Shown here: in pieces, positions 50,001-62,000 of the stretch
How positions within the stretch are numbered: position 1 is the first letter of the stretch
Layout of the letters: each line of letters starts with the position of its first letter
Assembly: GCF_963921235.1 (NCBI RefSeq)
Contig: NC_086108.1
Location: 39,434,001-39,498,000, forward strand
DNA: 64,000 bases
Reading direction: 5' to 3'
Source of the DNA: Mobula hypostoma
Lineage: Eukaryota
Translations under genes and position numbers: made by a program
Notes under the pieces: model-generated
Database searches by the model: none
Told to the model about the DNA's origin: nothing
The model's input: only the letters and a program-made list of their open reading frames with translations

Positions 50001-53000
50001 TGGTGAGTACAGGAGGGAGTGGGTGAATACACAAGGGGAGTAGGTGAATACAGGAGGGGAATGGGTGAGTTCAGGAGGGGAGTGGGTGAGTATGGGAGGG
50101 GAATGTGTGAATACAGGACGGGAGTGGGTGAATACAGGGGGGGAATGGGTGAGTACAGGAGGGGAATGGGTGAGTACAGGAGGGGAATGGCTGTTTACAG
50201 GATGGGAATAGGTGAGTACGGGAGGGGAATGGGTGAGTACAGGAGGGGTATGGGTGAATACAGGAGGCGCATGGGTGAGAACGGGAGGGGAGTGGGTGAA
50301 TACAGGAGGGGAGTGGGTGAGTACTGGAGGGGAGTGGGTGGGTACAGGAGGGAGTGGGTGAGTACAGGAGGGAGTGGGTGTATACAGAAGGGGAGTGGGT
50401 AAGTCCAGAAGGGAGTGGGTGAATACAGACGGGGTAGAGGGTGAGTACAGGAGGGGAATGGGTGAATACAGAAGGGGAGTGGGTGAGTACTGCAGGGGAG
50501 TGGGTTAGTACTGGAGGTGAATGGGCAAAAACTGGAGGGGAATGGGTGAGTAAAGTAGGGGAGTGGGTGAACATAGGAGTGGAGTGGGTGAGCACAGGAG
50601 GGGAGTGTCTAAGTTCAGGAGGGGAATGAGTGAGTACAGGAGGGGAATGGGTAAGTACAGGAGGGGAATGGTTGAATACAGGAGGGTATTGGGTGAGTAC
50701 AGGAGGGGAATGAGTGAGTGCAGGAGGGGAATGGGTGAATACAGGAGGGTAATAGGTGAGAACAGGAGGGGCATGGGTGAGTACGGGAGGGGAGTGGGTG
50801 AGTACAGGAGGGAATGGGTGAGTACAGGAGGGGAGCGAGTGAGTACAGGAGGGGAGTGGGTGTATACAGGATGGGAATGAGTGAGTGCCGGAGGGGAATG
50901 GGTGAGTACTGGATGGGAGTGGGTGAATACAGGAGGGCAATGGGTGAATACAGGAGGGGAATGCGTAAATGCAGGAGGGGATTGCATGAATACAGGAGGG
51001 GAATGGGTGAATTCAGGAGAGGAGTGGGTGAATACAGGAGGGAGTGGGTGAATACAGAAAAGGAGTGGGTGAGTACAGGAGGGAAATGGGTGAATACAGG
51101 AGGGGAATGCGTGAGTACGGGAGGGGAGTGGGTGAATAAAGGAGGGGAGTGGTTGAGTACAGGAGGGGTATGGGTGAATACAGGAGGGGAATGGGTGAGT
51201 ATGGGAGGGGAATGGGTGAATACAGGAGGGGAGTGGGTGAGTACAGGAGGGGTATGGGTGAATACAGGAGGGGAATGGTTGAGTACAGGAGGGGAGTGCG
51301 TGAGGACAGGAGGGAGTGGGTGAATACAGAAGGGGAGTGGGTGAGTACAGGAGGGAAATGGGTGACTCCAGAAGGGAGTGGGTGAATACAGAAGGAGGAG
51401 AGGGTGAGTACAGGAGAGGAATGGGTGAATACAGAAGGGCAGTGGATGAGTACTGGAGGGGAGTGGGTGAGTACTGGAGGGGAATGGGCAAATACTGGAG
51501 GGGAATGGGTGAGTGCAGGAGGGGAGTGGGTGAACATAGGAGGGGAATGGGTGAGTACTGGATGGGAGTGGGTGAATACAGGATGGCAATGGGTGAATAC
51601 AGGAGGGGAATGCGTGAATGCAGGAGGGGATTGCGTGAATAAAGGAGGGGAGTGGGTGAGTACGGGAGGGGAGTGGGTGCGTACAGGAGGGGAGTGGGTG
51701 AGTACAGGAGGTGTATGGGTGAATACAGGAGGGGAATGGTTGAGTACGGGAGGGGAGTGGGTGAATACAGGAGGGGAGTGGGTGAGTACAGGAGGGGAGT
51801 GCGTGAGGACAGGAGGGAGTGGGTGAATACAGAAGGGGAGTGGGTCAGTACAGGAGGGGAATGGGTGACTCCAGAAGGGAGTGGGTGAATACAGAAGGGG
51901 GAGAGGGTGAGTACAGGAGAGGAATGGGTGAATACAGAAGGGCAGTGGGTGAGTACTGGAGGGGAGTGGGTGAGTACTGGAGGGGAATGGGCAAATACTG
52001 GAGGGGAGTGGGTGAGTACGGGAGGGGAGTGTGTGCGCACAGGAGGGGAGTGGGTGAGTACAGGAGGGAGTGGGTGAATACAGAAGGGGAATGGGTGAGT
52101 ACAGGAGGGAAATGTGTGAATACAGGAGAGGAATGTGTGAGTACGGGAGGGGAGTAGGTGAATCAAGGAGGGGAGTGGGTGAGTACAGGAGCGGAGTGGG
52201 TGAGTACAGGAGGGAGTGGCTGAATACAGAAGGGGAATGGGTGAGTCCAGAAGTGGGTGGGTGAATACAGAAGGGGAAGAGGGTGAGTACTGGAGGGGAA
52301 TGGGCAAATACTGTAGGGGAGTGGGTGAGTACGGGAGGGGAGTGGGTGCGTACAGGAGGGGAGTGGGTGAGTACAGGAGGGGTATGGGTGAGTACTGGAG
52401 GGGAATCGGTGAATATTGGAGGGGAATTGGTGAGTACAGGAGGAGAGTGGGTGAGTGCAGGAGGGGAATGGGTGAATTCAGGAGGGGAGTGGGTGAATAC
52501 AGGAGGGGAGTGGGTGAGTACAGGAGGGGAGTGGGTGAGTACAGGAGGGAGTGGGTGAATACAGAAGGGGAGTGGGTGAGTACAGGAGGGAAATGTGTGA
52601 ATACAGGAGAGGAATGTGTGAGTACGGGAGGGGAGTAGGTGAATCAAGGAGGGGAGTGGGTGAGTACAGGAGTGGAGTGGGTGAGTGCAGGAGGGAGTGG
52701 CTGAATACAGAAGGGGAATGGGTGAGTCCAGAAGTGGGTGGCTGAATACAGAAGGGGGAGAGGGTGAGTACAGGAGGGTAATGGGTGAAAACAGGAGGGG
52801 AATGCGTGAGTACGGGAGGGGAGTTGGTGAATAAAGGAGGGGAGTGGGTGAGTACAAGAGGGCACTGGGTGAGTACAGGAGGGGAATGGGTGAGTCCAGA
52901 AGGGAGTGGGTGAATACAGAAGCGGGAGAAGTTGAGTACAGGAGGGGAATGGGTGAATACAGAAGGGGAGTGGGTGAGTACTGGAGAGGAGTGGGTGAGT

Positions 53001-56000
53001 ACTGGACGGGAATGGGCGAATACTGGAGGGGAATGGGTGAGAACAGGAGGGTAGTGGGTGAATACACAAGGGGAGTAGGTGAATACAGGAGGGGAATGGG
53101 TGAGTTCAGGAGGGGAGTGGGTGAGTATGGGAGGGGAATGTGTGAATACAGGACGGGAGTGGGTGAATACAGGGGGGGAATGGGTGAGTACAGGAGGGGA
53201 ATGGGTGAGTACGGGAGGGGAATGGCTGTTTACAGGATGGGAAGAGGTGAGTACGGGAGGGGAATGGGTGAGTACAGGAGGGGTATGGGTGAATACAGGA
53301 GGCGCATGGGTGAGAACGGGAGGGGAGTGGGTGAATACAGGAGGGGAGTGGGTGAGTACTGGAGGGGAGTGGGTGAGTACAGGAGGGAGTGGGTGTATAC
53401 AGAAGTGGAGGGGTGAGTCCAGAAGGGAGTGGGTGAATACAGACGGGGTAGAGGGTGAGTACAGGAGGGGAATGGGTGAATACAGAAGGGGAGTGGGTGA
53501 GTACTGCAGGGGAGTGGGTTAGTACTGGAGGTGAATGGGCGAAAACTGGAGGGGAATGGGTGAGTAAAGTAGGGGAGTGGGTGAACATAGGAGTGGAGTG
53601 GGTGAGCACAGGAGTGGAGTGTCTAAGTTCAGGAGGGGAATGGGTGAGTACGGGAGGGGAATGGGTGACTAGGAAGGGGAGTGGGTGAGTACTGGAGAGG
53701 AATGGGTGAGTACAGGAGGGGAATGGTTGAATACAGGAGGGTAGTGAGTGAGTACAGGAGGGGAATGAGTGAGTGCAGGAGGGGAATGGGTGAATACAGG
53801 AGGGGAATAGGTGAGAACAGGAGGGGATGGGTGAGTACGGGTGGGGAGTGGGTGAGTACAGGAGGGGATGGGTGAGTACAGGAGGGGAATGAGTGAGTGC
53901 AGGAGGGGAATGGGTGAATACAGGAGGGGAATAGGTGAGAACAGGAGGGGATGGGTGAGTACGGGTGGGGAGTGGGTGAGTACAGGAGGGGATCTGTGAG
54001 TACAGGAGGGGAGCGGGTGAGTACAGGAGGGGAGTGGGTGTATACAGGATGGGAATGAGTGAGTGCCGGAGGGGAATCGGTGAGTACTGGATGGGAGTGG
54101 GTGAATACAGGAGGGCAATGGGTGAATACAGGAGGGGAATGCGTGAATGCAGGAGGGGATTGCATGAATACAGGAGGGAGTGGGTGAATACAGAAAGGGA
54201 GTGGGTGAGTACAGGAGGGAAATGGGTGAATACAGGAGGGGAATGCGTGAGTACGGGAGGGGAGTGGGTGAATAAAGGAGGGGAGTGGTTGAGTACAGGA
54301 GGGGTATGGGTGAATACAGGAGGGGAATGGGTGAGTATGGGAGGGGAGTGGGTGAATACAGGAGGGGAGTGGGTGAGTACAGGAGGGGTATGGGTGAATA
54401 CAGGAGGGGAATGGTTGAGTACGGGAGGGGAGTGGGTGAATACAGGAGGGGAGTGGGTGAGTACAGGAGGGGAGTGCGTGAGGACAGGAGGGAGTGGGTG
54501 AATACAGAAGGGGAGTAGGTGAGTACAGGAGGGGAATGGGTGACTCCAGAAGGGAGTGGGTGAATACAGAAGGAGGAGAGGGTGAGTACAGGAGAGGAAT
54601 GGGTGAATACAGAAGGGCAGTGGGTGAGTACTGGAGGGGAGTGGGTGAGTACTGGAGGGGAATGGGCAAATACTGGAGGGGAATGGGTGAGTACAGGAGG
54701 GGAGTGGGTGAACATAGGAGTGGAGTGGGTGAGTACTGGATGGGAGTGTCTAATTTCAGGAGGGGAATGGGTGAGTAGGGGAGGGGAATGGGTGACTAGG
54801 AAGGGGAGTGGGTGAGTACAGGAGGGGAATGGGTGACTAGGAAGGGGAGTGGGTGAGTACTGGAGAGGAATGGGTGAGTACAGGAGGGGTATGAGTGAGT
54901 GCAGGACGGGAATGGGTGAATACAGGAGGGGAATGCGTGAGTACGGGAGGGGAGTGGGTGAATAAAGGAGGGGAGTGGGTGAGTCCAGAAGGGAGTGGGT
55001 GAATACAGAAGGGGGAGAAGGTGAGTACAGGAGGGGAATGGGTGAATACAGAAGGGGAGTGGGTGAGTACTGGAGGGGAGTGGGTGAGTAAAGTAGGGGA
55101 GTGGGTGAACATAGGAGTGCAGTGGGTGAGTACTGGAGGGGAGTGTCTAAGTTCAACAGACGAATGGGTGAGTATGGGAGGGGAATGGGTGACTAGGAAG
55201 GGGAGTGAGTGAGTACAGGAGGGGAATGGGTGAGTACAGGAGGGCAATGGGTAAGTACAGGAGGGGAATGGGTGTTTAGAGTATGGGAATAGGTGAGTAC
55301 GGGCGGGGAATGGGTGAGTACAGGAGGGGTATGGGTGAATACAGGAGGGGCATGGGTGAGTACGGGAGGGGAGTGGGTGAATACAGGAGGGGAGTGGGGG
55401 AGTACTGGAGGGGAATGGGTGAATATTGGAGGGGAATGGGTGAGTACAGGAGGAGAGTGAGTGAGTGCAGGAGGGGAATGGGTGAATTCAGGAGGGCAGT
55501 GGGTGAATACAGGAGGGGAGTGGGTGAGTACAGGAGGGGAGTGGGTGAGTACAGGAGGGAGTGCGTGAATACAGAAGGGGAGTGGGTGAGTCCAGAAGGG
55601 AGTGGGTGAATACCCACGGGGTAGAGGGTGAGTAAAGGAGGGGAATGGGCGAGTACAGGAGGGGAATGGTTGAATACAGGAGGGTAGTGGGTGAGTACAG
55701 GACGGGAATGAGTGAGTGCAGGAGGGGAATGGGTGAATACAGAGGGGAATAGGTGAGAACAGGAGGGGAATGGGTGAGTACTGGTGGGGAGTGGGTGAGT
55801 ACAGGAGGGGATGGGTGAGTACAGGAGGGGAATGGGTGAGTATGGGAGGGGAATGGTTGAGTACGGGAGGGGAGTGGGTGAATACAGGAGGGGAGTGGGT
55901 GAGTACAGGAGGGGAGTGCGTGAGGACAGGAGGGAGTGGGTGAATACAGAAGGGGAGTAGGTGAGTACAGGAGGGGAATGGGTGACTCCAGAAGGGAGTG

Positions 56001-59000
56001 GGTGAATACAGAAGGAGGAGAGGGTGAGTACAGGAGAGGAATGGGTGAATACAGAAGGGCAGTGGGTGAGTACTGGAGGGGAGTGGGTGAGTACTGGAGG
56101 GGAATGGGCAAATACTGGAGGGGAATGGGTGAGTACAGGAGGGGTATGGGTGAATACAGGAGGGGCATGGGTGAGTACGGGAGGGGAGTGGGTGAATACA
56201 GGAGGGGAGTGGGGGAGTACTGGAGGGGAATGTGTGAATATTGGAGGGGAATGGGTGAGTACAGGAGGAGAGTGAGTGAGTGCAGGAGGGGAATGGGTGA
56301 ATTCAGGAGGGCAGTGGGTGAATACAGGAGGGGAGTGGGTGAGTACAGGAGGGGAGTGGGTGAGTACAGGAGGGAGTGCGTGAATACAGAAGGGGAGTGG
56401 GTGAGTCCAGAAGGGAGTGGGTGAATACCCACGGGGTAGAGGGTGAGTAAAGAAGGGGAATGGGCGAGTACAGGAGGGGAATGGTTGAATACAGGAGGGT
56501 AGTGGGTGAGTACAGGACGGGAATGAGTGAGTGCAGGAGGGGAATGGGTGAATACAGAGGGGAATAGGTGAGAACAGGAGGGGAATGGGTGAGTACTGGT
56601 GGGGAGTGGGTGAGTACAGGAGGGGATGGGTGAGTACAGGAGGGGAATGGGTGAGTATGGGAGGGGAATGGTTGAGTACGGGAGGGGAGTGGGTGAATAC
56701 AGGAGGGGAGTGGGTGAGTACAGGAGGGGAGTGCGTGAGGACAGGAGGGAGTGGGTGAATACAGAAGGGGAGTAGGTGAGTACAGGAGGGGAATGGGTGA
56801 CTCCAGAAGGGAGTGGGTGAATACAGAAGGAGGAGAGGGTGAGTACAGGAGAGGAATGGGTGAATACAGAAGGGCAGTGGGTGAGTACTGGAGGGGAGTG
56901 GGTGAGTACTGGAGGGGAATGGGCAAATACTGGAGGGGAATGGGTGAGTACAGGAGGGGAGTGGGTGAACATAGGAGTGGAGTGGGTGAGTACTGGATGG
57001 GAGTGTCTAATTTCAGGAGGGGAATGGGTGAGTAGGGGAGGGGAATGGGTGACTAGGAAGGGGAGTGGGTGAGTACAGGAGGGGAATGGGTGACGAGGAA
57101 GGGGAGTGGGTGAGTACTGGAGAGGAATGGGTGAGTACAGGAGGGGTATGAGTGAGTGCAGGACGGGAATGGGTGAATACAGGAGGGGAATGCGTGAGTA
57201 CGGGAGGGGAGTGGGTGAATAAAGGAGGGGAGTGGGTGAGTCCAGAAGGGAGTGGGTGAATACAGAAGGGGGAGAAGGTGAGTACAGGAGGGGAATGGGT
57301 GAATACAGAAGGGGAGTGGGTGAGTACTGGAGGGGAGTGGGTGAGTAAAGTAGGGGAGTGGGTGAACATAGGAGTGCAGTGGGTGAGTACTGGAGGGGAG
57401 TGTCTAAGTTCAACAGAGGAATGGGTGAGTATGGGAGGGGAATGGGTGACTAGGAAGGGGAGTGAGTGAGTACAGGAGGGGAATGGGTGAGTACAGGAGG
57501 GCAATGGGTGAGTACAGGAGGGGAATGGGTGTTTACAGTATGGGAATAGGTGAGTACGGGCGGGGAATGGGTGAGTACAGGAGGGGTATGGGTGAATACA
57601 GGAGGGGCATGGGTGAGTACGGGAGGGGAGTGGGTGAATACAGGAGGGGAGTGGGGGAGTACTGGAGGGGAATGTGTGAATATTGGAGGGGAATGGGTGA
57701 GTACAGGAGGAGAGTGAGTGAGTGCAGGAGGGGAATGGGTGAATTCAGGAGGGCAGTGGGTGAATACAGGAGGGGAGTGGGTGAGTACAGGAGGGGAGTG
57801 GGTGAGTACAGGAGGGAGTGCGTGAATACAGAAGGGGAGTGGGTGAGTCCAGAAGGGAGTGGGTGAATACCCACGGGGTAGAGGGTGAGTAAAGGAGGGG
57901 AATGGGCGAGTACAGGAGGGGAATGGTTGAATACAGGAGGGTAGTGGGTGAGTACAGGACGGGAATGAGTGAGTGCAGGAGGGGAATGGGTGAATACAGA
58001 GGGGAATAGGTGAGAACAGGAGGGGAATGGGTGAGTACTGGTGGGGAGTGGGTGAGTACAGGAGGGGATGGGTGAGTACAGGAGGGGAGCGAGTGAGTAC
58101 AGGAGGGGAGTGGGTGTATACAGGATGGGAATGAGTGAGTACGGGAGGGGAATGGGTGAGTACTGGATGGGAGTGGGTGAATACAGGATGGCAATGGGTG
58201 AATACAGGAGGGGAATGCGTGAATGCAGGAGGGGATTGCGTGAATGAAGGAGGGGAGTGGGTGAGTACGGGAGGGGAGTGGGTGCGTACAGGAGGGGAGT
58301 GGGTGAGTACAGGAGGGGTATGGGTGAATACAGGAGGGGAATGGTTGAGTACGGGAGGGGAGTTGGTGAATACAGGAGGGGAGTGGGTGAGTACAGGAGG
58401 GGAGTGCGTGAGGACAGGAGGGAGTGGGTGAATACAGAAGGGGAGTGGGTGAGTACAGGAGCGGAATGGGTGACTCCAGAAGGGAGTGGGTGTATACAGA
58501 AGGAGGAGAGGGTGAGTACAGGAGGGGAATGGGTGAATACAGAAGGGCAGTGGGTGAGTACTGGAGGGGAGTGGGTGAGTACTGGAGGGGAATGGGCAAA
58601 TACTGGAGGGGAATGGGTGAGTACAGGAGGGGAGTGGGTGAACATAGGAGTGGAGTGGGTGAGTACTGGATGGGAGTGTCTAATTTCAGGAGGGGAATGG
58701 GTGAGTAGGGGAGGGGAATGGGTGACTAGGAAGGGGAGTGGGTGAGTACAGGAGGGGAATGGGTGACTAGGAAGGGGAGTGGGTGAGTACTGGAGAGGAA
58801 TGGGTGAGTACAGGAGGGGTATGAGTGAGTGCAGGACGGGAATGGGTGAATACAGGAGGGGAATGCGTGAGTACGGGAGGGGAGTGGGTGAATAAAGGAG
58901 GGGAGTGGGTGAGTCCAGAAGGGAGTGGGTGAATACAGAAGGGGGAGAAGGTGAGTACAGGAGGGGAATGGGTGAATACAGAAGGGGAGTGGGTGAGTAC

Positions 59001-62000
59001 TGGAGGGGAGTGGGTGAGTAAAGTAGGGGAGTGGGTGAACATAGGAGTGCAGTGGGTGAGTACTGGAGGGGAGTGTCTAAGTTCAGTAGGGGAATGGGTG
59101 AGTATGGGAGGGGAATGGGTGACTAAGAAGGGGAGTGAGTGAGTACAGGAGGGGAATGGGTGAGTACAGGAGGGGAATGAGTGAGTGCAGGAGGGGAATG
59201 GGTGAATACAGGAGGGGAATAGGTGAGAACAGGAGGGGATGGGTGAGTACGGGTGGGGAGTGGGTGAGTACAGGAGGGGATGGGTGAGTACAGGAGGGGA
59301 GCGGGTGAGTACAGGAGGGGAGTGGGTGTATACAGGATGGGAATGAGTGAGTACGGGAGGGGAATGGGTGAGTACTGGATGGGAGTGGGTGAATACAGGA
59401 GGGCAATGGGTGAATACAGGAGGGGAATGCGTGAATGCAGGGGGGAATGCGTGTATACAGGAGGGGAATAGGTGAATGCAGGAGGGGAGTGGGTGAGTAC
59501 GGGAGGGTAGTGGGTGAGTACAAGAGGGGAATAAGTGAGAACAGGAGGGGAGTGGGTGAGTATGGGAGGGGAATGGGTGAATACAGGAGGGGAGTGGGTG
59601 AATATAGCGGGGGAATGGGTGAGTACAGGAGGGGAATGGGTGAGTACGGGAGGGGAATGGGTGTTTACAGGATGGGAATGGGTGAGTACAGGAGAAGAGT
59701 GGGTGAGTGCAGGAGGGGAATGGGTGAATTCAGGAGGGGAATGGGTGAGTACGGGAGGGGAGTGGGTGAATACAGGAGGAGAGTGGGTGAGTACTGGAGG
59801 GGAATTGGTGAATATTGGAGGGGAATTGGTGAGTACAGGAGGAGAGTGGGTGAGTGCAGGAGGGAGTGGGTGAATACAGAAGGGGAGTGGGTGAGTCCAG
59901 AAGGGAGTGGGTGAATACAGAAGGGGAGTGGGTGAGTCCAGAAGGGAGTGGGTGAATACAGACGGGGTAGAGGGTGAGTACAGGAGGGGAATGTGTGAAT
60001 ACAGAAGGGGAGTGGGTGAGTACTACAGGGGAGTGGGTTAGTACTGGAGGTGAATGGGCGAATACTGGAGGGGAATGGGTGAATACAGGAGGGGAATGGG
60101 TGACTAGGAAGGGCAGTGAGTGAGTACAGGAGGGGAATGGGTGAGTACAGGAGGGGAATGGTTGAATACAGGAGGGTAGTGGGTGAGTACAGGACGGGAA
60201 TGAGTGAGTGCAGGAGGGGAATGGGTGAATACAGAGGGGAATAGGTGAGAACAGGAGGGGAATGGGTGAGTACTGGTGGGGAGTGGGTGAGTACAGGAGG
60301 GGATGGGTGAGTACAGGAGGGGAGCGAGTGAGTACAGGAGGGGAGTGGGTGTATACAGGATGGGAATGAGTGAGTACGGGAGGGGAATGGGTGAGTACTG
60401 GATGGGAGTGGGTGAATACAGGATGGCAATGGGTGAATACAGGAGGGGAATGCGTGAATGCAGGAGGGGATTGCGTGAATAAAGGAGGGGAGTGGGTGAG
60501 TACGGGAGGGGAGTGGGTGCGTACAGGAGGGGTATGGGTGAATACAGGAGGGGAATGGTTGAGTACGGGAGGGGAGTTGGTGAATACAGGAGGGGAGTGG
60601 GTGAGTACAGGAGTCGAGTGCGTGAGGACAGGAGGGAGTGGGTGAATACAGAAGGGGAGTGGGTGAGTACAGGAGGGGAATGGGTGACTCCAGAAGGGAG
60701 TGGGTGAATACAGAAGGAGGAGAGGGTGAGTACAGGAGGGGAATGGGTGAATACAGAAGGGCAGTGGGTGAGTACTGGAGGGGAGTGGGTGAGTACTGGA
60801 GGGGAATGGGCAAATACTGGAGGGGAATGGGTGAGAACAGGAGGGGAGTGGGTGAACATAGGAGTGGAGTGGGTGAGTACTGTATGGGAGTGTCTAATTT
60901 CAGGAGGGGAATGGGTGAGTAGGGGAGGGGAATGTGTGACTAGGAAGGGGAGTGGGTGAGTACAGGAGGGGAATGGGTGACTAGGAAGGGGAGTGGGTGA
61001 GTACTGGAGAGGAATGGGTGAGTACAGGAGGGGTATGAGTGAGTGCAGGACGGGAATGGGTGAATACAGGAGGGGAATGCGTGAGTACGGGAGGGGAGTG
61101 GGTGAATAAAGAAGGGGAGTGGGTGAGTCCAGAAGGGAGTGGGTGAATACAGAAGGGGGAGAAGGTGAGTACAGGAGGGGAATGGGTGGATACAGAAGGG
61201 GAGTGGGTGAGTACTGGAGGGGAGTGTGTGAGTAAAGTAGGGGAGTGGGTGAACATAGGAGTGCAGTGGGTGAGTACTGGAGGGGAGTGTCTAAGTTCAG
61301 CAGGGGAATGGGTGAGTATGGGAGGGGAATGGGTGACTAAGAAGGGGAGTGAGTGAGTACAGGAGGGGAATGGGTGAGTACAGGAGGGGAATGAGTGAGT
61401 GCAGGAGGGGAATGGGTGAATACAGGAGGGGAATAGGTGAGAACAGGAGGGGATGGGTGAGTACGGGTGGGGAGTGGGTGAGTACAGGAGGGGATGGGTG
61501 AGTACAGGAGGGGAGCGGGTGAGTACAGGAGGGGAGTGGGTGTATACAGGATGGGAATGAGTGAGTACGGGAGGGGAATGGGTGAGTACTGGATGGGAGT
61601 GGGTGAATACAGGAGGGCAATGGGTGAATACAGGAGGGGAATGCGTGAATGCAGGGGGGAATGCGTGAATACAGGAGGGGAATAGGTGAATGCAGGAGGG
61701 GAGTGGGTGAGTACGGGAGGGTAGTGGGTGAGTACAGGAGGGGAATAAGTGAGAACAGGAGGGGAGTGGGTGAGTATGGGAGGGGAATGGGTGAATACAG
61801 GAGGGGAGTGGGTGAATATAGCGGGGGAATGGGTGAGTACAGGAGGGGAATGGGTGAGTACGGGAGGGGAATGGGTGTTTACAGGATGGGAATGGGTGAG
61901 TACAGGAGAAGAGTGGGTGAGTGCAGGAGGGGAATGGGTGAATTCAGGAGGGGAATGGGTGAGTACGGGAGGGGAGTGAGTGAATACAGGAGGAGAGTGG